From Thermoproteales archaeon (lineage in GTDB: Archaea; Thermoproteota; Thermoprotei; Thermofilales; Thermofilaceae): 24,000 nucleotides of DNA. Location of the stretch: positions 5,713-29,712 of the forward strand of contig JAGGXB010000005.1 in assembly GCA_021163245.1 (NCBI GenBank), in the 5' to 3' direction. Position 1 is the stretch's first letter. Each line of letters starts with the position of its first letter. A program made the position numbers and the translations under genes. Of this stretch, positions 1 to 7,556 are shown piece after piece. The notes beneath the pieces were generated by a model. That model was not told the origin of the DNA. It did not search any database and worked only from the letters and a program-made list of their open reading frames with translations.

Positions 1-264
1 CACTATATAAACTTTACTTATATCAATGTTACTAACAATTGACAAAACACGAACTATAATCTTTTCTATTTCTTCTTTCATCTTTAGAGAAAACTCTTTT
101 TGTTCAACTATTTTAATAGCTATTATCTCATTATTCTTTCCACGAAACATAAGGTCAAAAAAATTATTTAATAAATCCTTATACTCTTCAGATAAAAAAG
201 TAACATATCCTCTACTCTCAAAATATTTCTCAATCAGAGATAAAAACTCACTATGAGACAACAT
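1..264 (-). CDS. Hypothetical protein, 5' part only (gene runs off the left edge of the window)
   Basis: Manual reverse-strand translation from ATG (complement of 262-264) gives MLSHSEFLSLIEKYFESRGYVTFLSEEYKDLLNNFFDLMFRGKNNEIIAIKIVEQKEF..., open to position 1. It is absent from the ORF track because no stop lies in the window. The listed + strand ORF 26..256 is low-complexity and looks like its shadow. There is a vague resemblance to small nuclease-fold proteins (D...IIAIK), but no clean D/ExK motif. Confidence 0.4.
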   Translation of the reverse strand, partial: MLSHSEFLSLIEKYFESRGYVTFLSEEYKDLLNNFFDLMFRGKNNEIIAIKIVEQKEFSLKMKEEIEKIIVRVLSIVSNIDISKVYIV

Positions 265-305
265 TTTTCCAACAACTATATGAAACAGAATTATATATTT
301 TTAGT

Positions 306-1580
306 TTAGTAGTGTTTTCCTCTCTTATACCATCCCTCCTTCTTCTTCCAGTCCCATAGATAATCGTCGGGAACCGCTATACTATAGACTATAGTGCCCT
401 TCCACACTGAATACACTGGATCTTTAGCTAACTCAACATTAGCTTCTATTCCCATATCTCTCAGTTGTTTTCTAACCTTTGTAGCGGCATCTACTGCTAC
501 ATCTCTAAGACCTTGCGGTACTTGCCATGAAAAATTTCCTCCACTAAGTATTATTTTCTTAAACAGTGATGGAGCTAGTTCTACAGGAGTATAGTTCACA
601 GACTTTTCTATTGCTTCCCCTAGAGGCAATGTTCCTCTAATTCTTTCCCCACCTACAACAGTATCACTTGGTCTTGACATTCCTCTATTATAATAACTTT
701 CAAATATCTCGTGTTCAGGATTAAAAATAATCTCCCCTATGAGAAAACGCATCCAAGATTTATCTCCCATATCTATCTCAATTCTAGTACCTGGAACACG
801 ATATTTAACATAAAATCTTTTAGGTTCTTCTTTAGCCTTTCTAATAGCCTCATCTAAGTCTAAAGGTATCAAACCCACTTTTTCTTTAAACGTCCTAACA
901 AATTTTTCTTCGCGAGCCCTATCTTCATATCCTAGATCCCTAAGTATCTCTGCTGCAACAGCATCTGCTTCAGCACCTCCACGATTCAATGTAACAATAG
1001 CATTCCTAATCGGATACATAGAAATAGGTGTAATCTGTGTATTTCCATGACCAGATTCAACAACCACACATGTCACAGTTTTCTGGGCAATAGCCACAGC
1101 TAAGGGCTGAGGTATTATAGTAACAGCCTTAACAACATTTAGCTCACTATCGATCCTAGAATGAATTTCAAATATTTTTTCATACATATAATCTGGCGCT
1201 ATTGCTGAAAGAGCTGCAGTTACATAAAATCCATCAAAATCTCTATCGTCCGGCTTAAATTTTTCAAAACCATATCTGGTTAACTCATATATAACCTTCC
1301 AGGCTTTTTCATCGTTCCTCTCTACTCTACCATCCTTCATCGGATATATAAGATATCTTGCTATATCGCTCCTTGATCCTAAATATAGAGAAACCTCCGG
1401 TCCAACAATAATGTTTCTAGATACTCCAAATATTTTAAAAATTATTGATTCGCCATCAGAAACAAATATTCCTCTATTTTCAATTATTTCAGGCTTCTCA
1501 GCTAATGGCCCAAATTTAAAGTAACTAGTTCCATAATCCTCTCCATAAGCATATTTCCTTTTATAAGCATCCATCGACAA
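306..1580 (-). CDS. cren-1: Crenactin (archaeal actin homolog)
   Basis: 424-aa ORF with actin-fold signatures: DYGTSYFKFGP (phosphate-1), VVVESGHGNTQITPIS (phosphate-2), LNRGGAEAD and ILSGGNFSW (adenosine). The blocks ALSAIAPDYMYEKIF, IIPQPLAVAIA, WMRFLIGEIIFNPEHE and YSVWKG are collinear with Pyrobaculum crenactin as I recall it. The listed start at 1580 is TTG; an ATG at 1574 is the alternative. Confidence 0.9.
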   Translation of the reverse strand: MSMDAYKRKYAYGEDYGTSYFKFGPLAEKPEIIENRGIFVSDGESIIFKIFGVSRNIIVGPEVSLYLGSRSDIARYLIYPMKDGRVERNDEKAWKVIYELTRYGFEKFKPDDRDFDGFYVTAALSAIAPDYMYEKIFEIHSRIDSELNVVKAVTIIPQPLAVAIAQKTVTCVVVESGHGNTQITPISMYPIRNAIVTLNRGGAEADAVAAEILRDLGYEDRAREEKFVRTFKEKVGLIPLDLDEAIRKAKEEPKRFYVKYRVPGTRIEIDMGDKSWMRFLIGEIIFNPEHEIFESYYNRGMSRPSDTVVGGERIRGTLPLGEAIEKSVNYTPVELAPSLFKKIILSGGNFSWQVPQGLRDVAVDAATKVRKQLRDMGIEANVELAKDPVYSVWKGTIVYSIAVPDDYLWDWKKKEGWYKRGKHY

Positions 1581-1583
1581 TGC

Positions 1584-1808
1584 TCACCATCCCCCACTTC
1601 CCGTAATATATTTTAATTGAGCTAATCTATCCATAATTTCTATAAATTCCTTCTCCAACTTCTTTTTTCTTTCATCAAAAACATTTTTGTCAATTTCTCC
1701 TTTCTCTAATTTTTTATGTAAAAACTCAAACTCCATTTCGATCTCCTTTTTCCGCTTAGATAACTTTTTTAATGCCTCCTCAGGCGACTTATATCCTGCC
1801 AGTGACAT
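1584..1808 (-). CDS. Small coiled-coil protein with a SHOCT-like motif, co-transcribed upstream of crenactin (candidate crenactin partner)
   Basis: 74-aa ORF whose stop lies 3 nt before the crenactin start on the same strand. It is lysine/glutamate-rich with heptad-like spacing. GEIDKNVFDERKKKL matches the G-x-I-[TSD]-x3-[FY]-x2-[KR]-K-x2-L pattern of SHOCT helical hairpins. The C-terminal stretch FIEIMDRLAQLKYITGSGGW is amphipathic. Confidence 0.6.
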   Translation of the reverse strand: MSLAGYKSPEEALKKLSKRKKEIEMEFEFLHKKLEKGEIDKNVFDERKKKLEKEFIEIMDRLAQLKYITGSGGW

Positions 1809-1920
1809 ACAATACCCCCCATTTAAATAATCCTAAATCTTATAAAAACACTATAATATGATAATGATAAAATATCTAAAAAACTATATTATATGAAACA
1901 ATAAATCTAAGTGAATATAA

Positions 1921-2292
1921 ATGACCGATGCCTTTAATATTGCTATATCCTTACCAAATAATAAGATAGCAAAAGGCAAAATTTACAGAAGTTGGACTCC
2001 ATTCAATTATGAAAAAATAACCAATTCATTACCTTTAAAAACAAGAGTTTATTATATTGGAAGAGATCTAATTTATCTCCCATTTAATATTAAATTTAAA
2101 CCCGAAAAATACATAGAAAAAATATCCAAGGGTCAAATCCTAATAATACACTATCTAAATAGTCTCTCCATTTCCTTAGCGCCCCAACGTATATATAGAT
2201 ATAAAGCAACATTAGTTGGAGAAATAACAGAGGGACTAGAAAATCTTAAATTTTTGAAAAAAGGAGACATAGTTACAATAAAAGGTGAATGA
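1921..2292 (+). CDS. Hypothetical protein (first gene of a 3-gene operon divergent from the crenactin operon)
   Basis: 123-aa ORF with an ATG start and no motif I recognise. Its stop overlaps the next ORF's start by 8 nt, which suggests translational coupling. Confidence 0.55.
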   Translation: MTDAFNIAISLPNNKIAKGKIYRSWTPFNYEKITNSLPLKTRVYYIGRDLIYLPFNIKFKPEKYIEKISKGQILIIHYLNSLSISLAPQRIYRYKATLVGEITEGLENLKFLKKGDIVTIKGE

Positions 2293-2656
2293 AATGTTAG
2301 ACGAAAAAGTTATAAACATTAAGCTAAAGAATTTAAAAGATTTAGGTAGATTTGCATACTCATTAATTTCAACAGGACAAACAAGCTATATAATTCATTA
2401 TAAAAAATCTGGAAAAAATATTTATGGAATATTAATGATCTTTCGTGATTACTATAAGTATTATGGGATACCGATGTTTTATTATATTTCACTCGATAAA
2501 CCTATAGAGGGAACATATCTTTTAGTGAAAGTCGATGATACTGGAGAAATTGTAAAGCCATCAAAATCTAGCCGACCTGGATGGATTCATATACCTATAA
2601 TAGAATTAGATAAGGAACCAATATTTTTAGATGTTCAAAACGATGAAGAAAAATGA
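2285..2656 (+). CDS. Hypothetical protein (second gene of the operon)
   Basis: 123-aa ORF that overlaps the upstream gene by 8 nt and the downstream gene by 4 nt (ATGA). It is Tyr-rich with an acidic C-terminus (DVQNDEEK). I recognise no family. Confidence 0.55.
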   Translation: MNEMLDEKVINIKLKNLKDLGRFAYSLISTGQTSYIIHYKKSGKNIYGILMIFRDYYKYYGIPMFYYISLDKPIEGTYLLVKVDDTGEIVKPSKSSRPGWIHIPIIELDKEPIFLDVQNDEEK

Positions 2657-2934
2657 TATCAGAACTTATACTTTTAAATTCAATAATATTATTCTCTTCT
2701 ATCATAACACTCATATTTTTATTTAAAAATACCACAATAAGAAAAAAATTCAAAGTTCTTAGGATAATCTCCAGCTATGCAATTATATCATTCTTATCAG
2801 ACATTTATTTCCTCGGAATGGCTACAAGTACCATAATTGAGATAAATATACAAATAGTAGGAATATCGTTGTTCCTCAGCATCTTTAGTATAGTTCTTCT
2901 ATGGCTACTAGTATACAAATACTGGAGTGATTAA
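2653..2934 (+). CDS. Small integral membrane protein (about 3 predicted TM helices)
   Basis: 93-aa ORF with an ATGA overlap on the upstream gene. It has three long hydrophobic stretches: LILLNSIILFSSIITLIFLF, IISSYAIISFLSDIYFLGMA and IVGISLFLSIFSIVLLWLLVY. Confidence 0.5.
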   Translation: MISELILLNSIILFSSIITLIFLFKNTTIRKKFKVLRIISSYAIISFLSDIYFLGMATSTIIEINIQIVGISLFLSIFSIVLLWLLVYKYWSD

Positions 2935-2977
2935 ATTATAAATAAAAATAAAGGAAAAAATTCTCTAGAAAATTATT

Positions 2978-3256
2978 CTATTCCTTTCTCTCAAGAACTA
3001 TCTCAATAGTAGACACTGTTCTCTCTTTTCCTGGTTCGCCGACTTTTTCACTACCAATTTTTACGGTAGAAATATCTACTTGATCTGGCAAAAATCTAGT
3101 TCTTACTATTTCAGCTGTATCTACTGCTTTAGATATTGCCCTACCTCTAGCCTTTAAAAGAACTTTTTGTGCACCTTGATTAAATTGTATAACAGTTGCC
3201 AAAACATAGTTCATTACATTTTTGTTTCCTATCAATATTGTACCTTCTGTGCTCAT
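2978..3256 (-). CDS. albA: Alba (Sso10b-type DNA/RNA-binding chromatin protein)
   Basis: 92 aa. The blocks NVMNYVLATVIQFNQGAQKVLLKARGRAISKAVDTAEIVRTRF and the C-terminal TVSTIEIVLER are the canonical Alba fold sequence. Confidence 0.93.
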   Translation of the reverse strand: MSTEGTILIGNKNVMNYVLATVIQFNQGAQKVLLKARGRAISKAVDTAEIVRTRFLPDQVDISTVKIGSEKVGEPGKERTVSTIEIVLERKE

Positions 3257-3379
3257 TCCAATACTACACCCTTTTTTGCATCTTATGCTTGGTTAAATAT
3301 AAATTAAATCTTATAAGTTTATCGCATAGTTTTTATAATTTAGATCTATAGTTATCTTAAATAATTATAAAAATATTTC

Positions 3380-3913
3380 CTATTCAATTTTAATTTTTAC
3401 CCCTTTACCACCTTTACTCTTCTTAACCTTTTCAAAAATAATAGTAAGTACTCCATTCTTATAGCTTGCTTTGGCAGACTCTGGTTTAACAGCATCGGGC
3501 AAAGAAACCACTTTATAATATTTCCTATCATCTCTTTCTGCAGAAACCTTTACTTCGTTCTCGGTAGCCTCAATATTTATATCATCTTTTTCAACGCCAG
3601 GAATATCCATTATAATTCTTATTTTGTCTTCTTCTTCTATTACATCAGTAAATGGTTCAATAGCCTCTCGGAACACTGGCTGAATATAGCCCGGTTTAAT
3701 ATTACCCCACTCCTTGACCCGTGGAATACCATCAGGACCTACTGTTACGGAGAACCCATAGTAATAGGGACCGTAAACCTTTCTTTTAGACCTTTTTTCA
3801 AGTGGCTTCTCTTCTTCTAGGAAAAATGATTCTTTAAACATTCTTTCAAATAACTTATCAATTTCATCAAAGAACCTTTTTGTCCTTCTATACCATTCAT
3901 CAAACTCGCTCAT
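3380..3913 (-). CDS. Small heat shock protein, Hsp20/alpha-crystallin family (paralog 1)
   Basis: 177 aa. The alpha-crystallin domain reads DKIRIIMDIPGVEKDDINIEATENEVKVSAER...VSLPDAVKPESAKASYKNGVLTIIFEK. Confidence 0.9.
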   Translation of the reverse strand: MSEFDEWYRRTKRFFDEIDKLFERMFKESFFLEEEKPLEKRSKRKVYGPYYYGFSVTVGPDGIPRVKEWGNIKPGYIQPVFREAIEPFTDVIEEEDKIRIIMDIPGVEKDDINIEATENEVKVSAERDDRKYYKVVSLPDAVKPESAKASYKNGVLTIIFEKVKKSKGGKGVKIKIE

Positions 3914-4029
3914 AATATCACCCCCAAATAAAATAGTGATATCTATTTTATTATTAATTTATCTATATTCATGGATGAGAAAACTAAGTCTTTAAATCTT
4001 ACATTTATTATAGTTAAAAGGGAATCTGT

Positions 4030-4380
4030 ATGGTTAGTAAAATCATAATAAAAGCCGTTGTAAGTAATATCTCCATCATAGATAACCCCTGGGGCGAAAA
4101 AATGATCAAACTGGATCTAACAGAAGAACGAGAAACACCTGGAACAGTTATGATACAAAAAGGAGGAAGAGACGATATAGCTCGAGAAATAATGCCTATA
4201 GTTTCTCAAGTATTAAAATCTATGCCCATGTTTGGTACACAGGGAAAAGTACGAATACCGCGTTTAACTCTTTACCTAACAGAAGATGAATGGGATAAAA
4301 TACTCAACAAACCTACAATTGGCGAAATAATAGAAATAGAACTAAATGATAAAAAAATATCCGTAAGACAAGAAGAATAA
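4030..4380 (+). CDS. Hypothetical protein
   Basis: 116-aa ORF with an ATG start and non-repetitive composition. It is divergent from hsp20 and convergent with rpoK. I recognise no motif. Confidence 0.5.
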   Translation: MVSKIIIKAVVSNISIIDNPWGEKMIKLDLTEERETPGTVMIQKGGRDDIAREIMPIVSQVLKSMPMFGTQGKVRIPRLTLYLTEDEWDKILNKPTIGEIIEIELNDKKISVRQEE

Positions 4381-4384
4381 AACT

Positions 4385-4654
4385 TTAGTATTTAAGATAT
4401 TTTAGCGGAATGTCCTGATATTTTCCATTGGGTTTCCAACGTCGTATTATAATTGGTAATATCTTAAGTTCTAATTCTCTAATAGCTATATTTATAGGAT
4501 CTTTATCCTTTACCTCCTCTAGCGGAATCAAAGAAGGAGCACCAAGCGAAATCTGAAGAGCCCTAACACCAATTATTCTAGCTTTCTCATATTTAGTTAA
4601 CCAAGGAGGTCCTATCTTGACAGTAAACTCATCATCTAAAACATTCATATGCAA
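4385..4654 (-). CDS. rpoK: DNA-directed RNA polymerase subunit K (Rpo6)
   Basis: 89 aa. LTKYEKARIIGVRALQISLGAP is the conserved Rpo6/RpoK core. Confidence 0.9.
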   Translation of the reverse strand: MHMNVLDDEFTVKIGPPWLTKYEKARIIGVRALQISLGAPSLIPLEEVKDKDPINIAIRELELKILPIIIRRWKPNGKYQDIPLKYLKY

Positions 4655-4713
4655 AAAATAAAATAATTGTATTTAAAGATTAATATCAATATTTGTATAA
4701 GAAAAATAGTTTT

Positions 4714-6360
4714 TTAGTAGCCTGGCATTCCACCAGCTCCAGGCATTCCTCCGCCTTCTCCTCCTTTCTTTTCCTTTGGTGGCGCTGCAGCTATTATGTC
4801 ATCGATTCTAAGTATCATTATAGCTGCCTCGGTAGCTGATTTAAATACCTGCTTTTTAACGCTTGCCGGCTCTATTACACCTACATCCATTGTATTCTCA
4901 ATCTTACCAGAATACACGTTTATACCTGCCCATTTCTCTGCTTCACTATGTCTTTTTCTCAACTCAGCTATTATATCCACTGGTTCTAATCCAGCATTCT
5001 GTGCCAATATTTCTGGAATACTTTCAACAGCCTCAGCATATTTAATAACAGCTAATTGTTCCTTACTCGGTAATGTCTTAGCAAATTCCTTTAATTTTAG
5101 AGCAACCTCTATCTCTACTGCTCCACCACCAGCAACTATTTTAGGCTCTCTAATAACATTCCTTACAACACTAAGAGCATCATGTATCGCTCTTTCTGCT
5201 TCATCAACAACATGTTCAGCTCCACCTCGAAGTAATATCGTTACTGCTTTGGGGTTGGGGCATCCTTCTACGAATACCATTTTTTCATCTGCAACCTTCC
5301 TCTCCTCGACTAGCTCAGCGCTACCAAGAACATCACTAGAAAGATCCTCTATCTTAGTAACTATACGAGCCCCAGTAGCCCTAGCAAGCTTCTCCATATC
5401 ACTCTTCTTAACCCTACGAACAGCCAAAATACCAGCCTTAGCAAGATAGTGCTGAGCCACATCGTCTATACCTTTCTGACAGAAAACAACATTAGCTCCC
5501 GATTCCTTTATCTTATCTACCATCTTCTTTAATATCTGAGCCTCTTGCTCTAAAAATAACCTTAATTGTTCTGGATCTGTTACATTTATCTTTGCTGTCC
5601 ATTCAGGCTTTTCAACCTCTAATGGAGTGTCGAGTAATGCAATTTTAGCATTCTCTATTCTTCTAGGCATGGCCGGATGAACAACCTCCTTATCTAAAAC
5701 TATTCCTTTAACTAGCTGTGACTCTTCAAGTGATTCCCCCTTCTTTTTCTCAATTTTTACCTCATCTAACGAAAATGTATATTTGCCATCCTTTTCGCTA
5801 ACAACCTGTAAAGCAGCATCAACCACAAGATCAGCTAAGAAATCCTTATATTCAGATACGATCTTACTACTTAAAGCAGTCATAGCAATCTTCTTTAAAA
5901 CGTTCTTATCAAGAGGATCTATTTTCTCTGCTATTTCATCAATAACTTTTACAGCTTGCTCCATTGCCTTCTCATATCCTTCTGTTATTATTGTAGAATG
6001 TATTTCTTGATCAAGTAACTCATTAGCACTTTCCAATAGTTTGCCAGATAAAACTACAACAGATGTTGTACCATCACCAACCTCATCGTCTTGTGCTTTG
6101 GCTACCTCTACAAGCATCTTAGCCGCTGGATGCTGTACTTCCATTTCTTTTAATATTGTTGCTCCATCACCGGTTATCGTAGCATTACCAAATGAATCAA
6201 CAAGCAGTTTATCCATTCCTCTAGGTCCTAAAGATGAAGCAAGTGCCTCAGCTATTACTCTAGCAGCATATATATTTGACCTTCGAGCATCCTTACCGGT
6301 TGTTCTAGAAGTTCCTTCTTTCAAAACCAAAATAGGTACAGCTTGCTGTGCCATACTCAT
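4714..6360 (-). CDS. ths: Thermosome subunit (group II chaperonin)
   Basis: 548 aa. Motifs: GPRGMDKLL, ITGDGATILKEM, EVGDGTTSVVVL, VAGGGAVE and a C-terminal GGMPGAGGMPGY tail. Confidence 0.97.
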   Translation of the reverse strand: MSMAQQAVPILVLKEGTSRTTGKDARRSNIYAARVIAEALASSLGPRGMDKLLVDSFGNATITGDGATILKEMEVQHPAAKMLVEVAKAQDDEVGDGTTSVVVLSGKLLESANELLDQEIHSTIITEGYEKAMEQAVKVIDEIAEKIDPLDKNVLKKIAMTALSSKIVSEYKDFLADLVVDAALQVVSEKDGKYTFSLDEVKIEKKKGESLEESQLVKGIVLDKEVVHPAMPRRIENAKIALLDTPLEVEKPEWTAKINVTDPEQLRLFLEQEAQILKKMVDKIKESGANVVFCQKGIDDVAQHYLAKAGILAVRRVKKSDMEKLARATGARIVTKIEDLSSDVLGSAELVEERKVADEKMVFVEGCPNPKAVTILLRGGAEHVVDEAERAIHDALSVVRNVIREPKIVAGGGAVEIEVALKLKEFAKTLPSKEQLAVIKYAEAVESIPEILAQNAGLEPVDIIAELRKRHSEAEKWAGINVYSGKIENTMDVGVIEPASVKKQVFKSATEAAIMILRIDDIIAAAPPKEKKGGEGGGMPGAGGMPGY

Positions 6361-6458
6361 TCACCTCTCTTAAAACTGTAAACAGCATTTTATCACTTCT
6401 ATATAAATCTTTCTATAAAAAATTAATATAAATAACGTGAAAAAGATATAGTGATTCT

Positions 6459-6887
6459 ATGGATAAGAAAAAAATGCTTAATATAATAACTATAATACTA
6501 CTAATACTGACTGCAGCTATAGCATTAAATATCAACCAAATTTTAAGAACACCTCTTAAAACTGAAGTACCTCTAGCTGTTGTTTCAAGCTGGAGCATGG
6601 AGCCGATATTTCATGTAGGTGACATGATTATAGTACAAGGATGTAAAAAATATAATATAGGAGATATTATTGTATATCAAGATCATTTTATAAAAACCAA
6701 GTTAATAGTACATAGAGTTATAAAAGTTAAAAATGATGCATATATTACTAAAGGTGATGCTAACTATAGTCCAGATGTTCACCCCGTGAAGAAAAATCAG
6801 ATTAAAGGTAAGGTTATTCTAGTTATACCCTATTTAGGTACAATTAAACTTTTATTTGAAAGAATTTATTATGCATTGAAAAGATAA
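6459..6887 (+). CDS. Signal peptidase I, archaeal Sec11/S26B type
   Basis: 142 aa. It has an N-terminal TM anchor, the catalytic-Ser box SWSMEPIFHVGD, the His box VHRV, and TKGDANYSPD. Confidence 0.85.
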   Translation: MDKKKMLNIITIILLILTAAIALNINQILRTPLKTEVPLAVVSSWSMEPIFHVGDMIIVQGCKKYNIGDIIVYQDHFIKTKLIVHRVIKVKNDAYITKGDANYSPDVHPVKKNQIKGKVILVIPYLGTIKLLFERIYYALKR

Positions 6888-6906
6888 AAGATTTTATAAA
6901 CATTTA

Positions 6907-6914
6907 TTTAAATA
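6907..6914 (+). promoter_or_regulatory. Putative TATA box (TTTAAATA) for a leaderless tbp transcript
   Basis: This AT-rich octamer is centred about 27 nt upstream of the GTG at 6939. That is the usual archaeal TATA-to-TSS distance, and no Shine-Dalgarno motif lies in between. Confidence 0.35.
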
Positions 6915-6938
6915 CCATATATAAAGTTATTTTACTAG

Positions 6939-7528
6939 GTGATAGATATCCCAAGACCATCATTTGAAATTCAAAATGTAGTAGCTTCAGTAACTCTGAA
7001 TCAACGTCTTGATTTAGAAAAAATTGCAGAACTAGTCCCTAATGCTGAATATAGCCCGGAACATTCTAGACCATATGGTCTAGAATCCGAGAGTTTCCGG
7101 GACTAGTTCTGCGACTATCAAAACCAAAGACTGCAACATTAATATTTTCGAGTGGAAAAATGGTATGTACTGGAGCAAAATCTGAATCTGAAGTATATAA
7201 AGCGGTAAAAAATATAATAAAACTTTTAAAGAATCACGGAACAGAAATTAAAAATGAGCCAATAATAGAGATACAAAATATAGTAGCAAGTGCAAACCTA
7301 AAAGCCGGAGTTGATCTGGAAAAAGCAGCTTATCTTCTAGAAAATGCTATGTATGAACCAGAACAATTTCCTGGATTAATTTATAGGATGCGTCAACCAA
7401 GAGTTGTACTTCTAATCTTTTCAAGTGGAAAAGTTGTATGTACCGGAGCTAGAAAAGAAGAAGAAGTAAAGGAAGCTGTAGATAACATATATAAGAAACT
7501 TAAAGAAATTGGCGTTTTATTACTCTAA
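6939..7528 (+). CDS. tbp: TATA-box binding protein, split gene: exon 1 6939..7062, exon 2 7092..7528 (186 aa after removal of the 29-nt BHB intron)
   Basis: Frame A from GTG 6939 (immediately after an in-frame TAG) reads [41 protein letters not shown]. Frame B from 7094 reads [33 protein letters not shown]... and continues into the listed ORF 7160..7528. Joined at 7062/7092, the two frames give both TBP repeats intact ([14 protein letters not shown]... and [14 protein letters not shown]...). The ORF-track entry is only an internal-Met fragment. Confidence 0.85.
7063..7091 (+). other. Candidate bulge-helix-bulge (BHB) archaeal intron inside the tbp coding sequence, 29 nt (ATTCTAGACCATATGGTCTAGAATCCGAG)
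   Basis: Central 4-bp helix: C7057-G7089, G7058-C7088, G7059-C7087, A7060-U7086. It is flanked on opposite strands by 3-nt bulges 7061-7063 (ACA) and 7090-7092 (AGA). The inner helix is 7064-7072 paired with 7077-7085 (9 bp, loop ATAT). Cutting after the second bulge nucleotide on each side removes exactly 29 nt and yields GAA C|AG TTT = E-Q-F. Confidence 0.7.
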
Positions 7529-7556
7529 AACTTTAAAATTTTATTTTTTATAACAA

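Noticed and set aside
26-256. Plus-strand ORF 26..256
   Set aside because: Its translation is low-complexity. The opposite strand carries a better-looking ORF that is open to the window edge.
394-594. Other short antisense ORFs: 394..594, 6413..6598, 7697..7894, 8220..8405, 12775..12996, 13848..14093, 22705..22932 and 23117..23401
   Set aside because: Each is fully embedded antisense in, or overlaps the start of, a confidently identified gene and has biased composition. There is no independent support for any of them.
4796-6373. Plus-strand ORFs 4796..5449, 4863..5045, 5783..6010 and 6041..6373 listed in the track
   Set aside because: They lie entirely antisense to the thermosome gene. Their Ser/Thr/Ala/Ile-rich low-complexity translations are typical of shadow frames.
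6939-7528. TBP as a frameshifted pseudogene, or the 29-nt palindrome as a MITE-like insertion or cloning artefact (it contains TCTAGA-CCATATGG-TCTAGA, i.e. XbaI/NdeI/XbaI sites)
   Set aside because: Both TBP repeats are otherwise intact, with no other lesions. I see no target-site duplication. The insert and its flanks form a 4-bp helix with two 3-nt bulges whose predicted cut sites restore the frame and the EQFPG motif exactly. I cannot fully exclude a pseudogene or artefact without reads or RNA data, so it is kept as the refutation route of the main finding.
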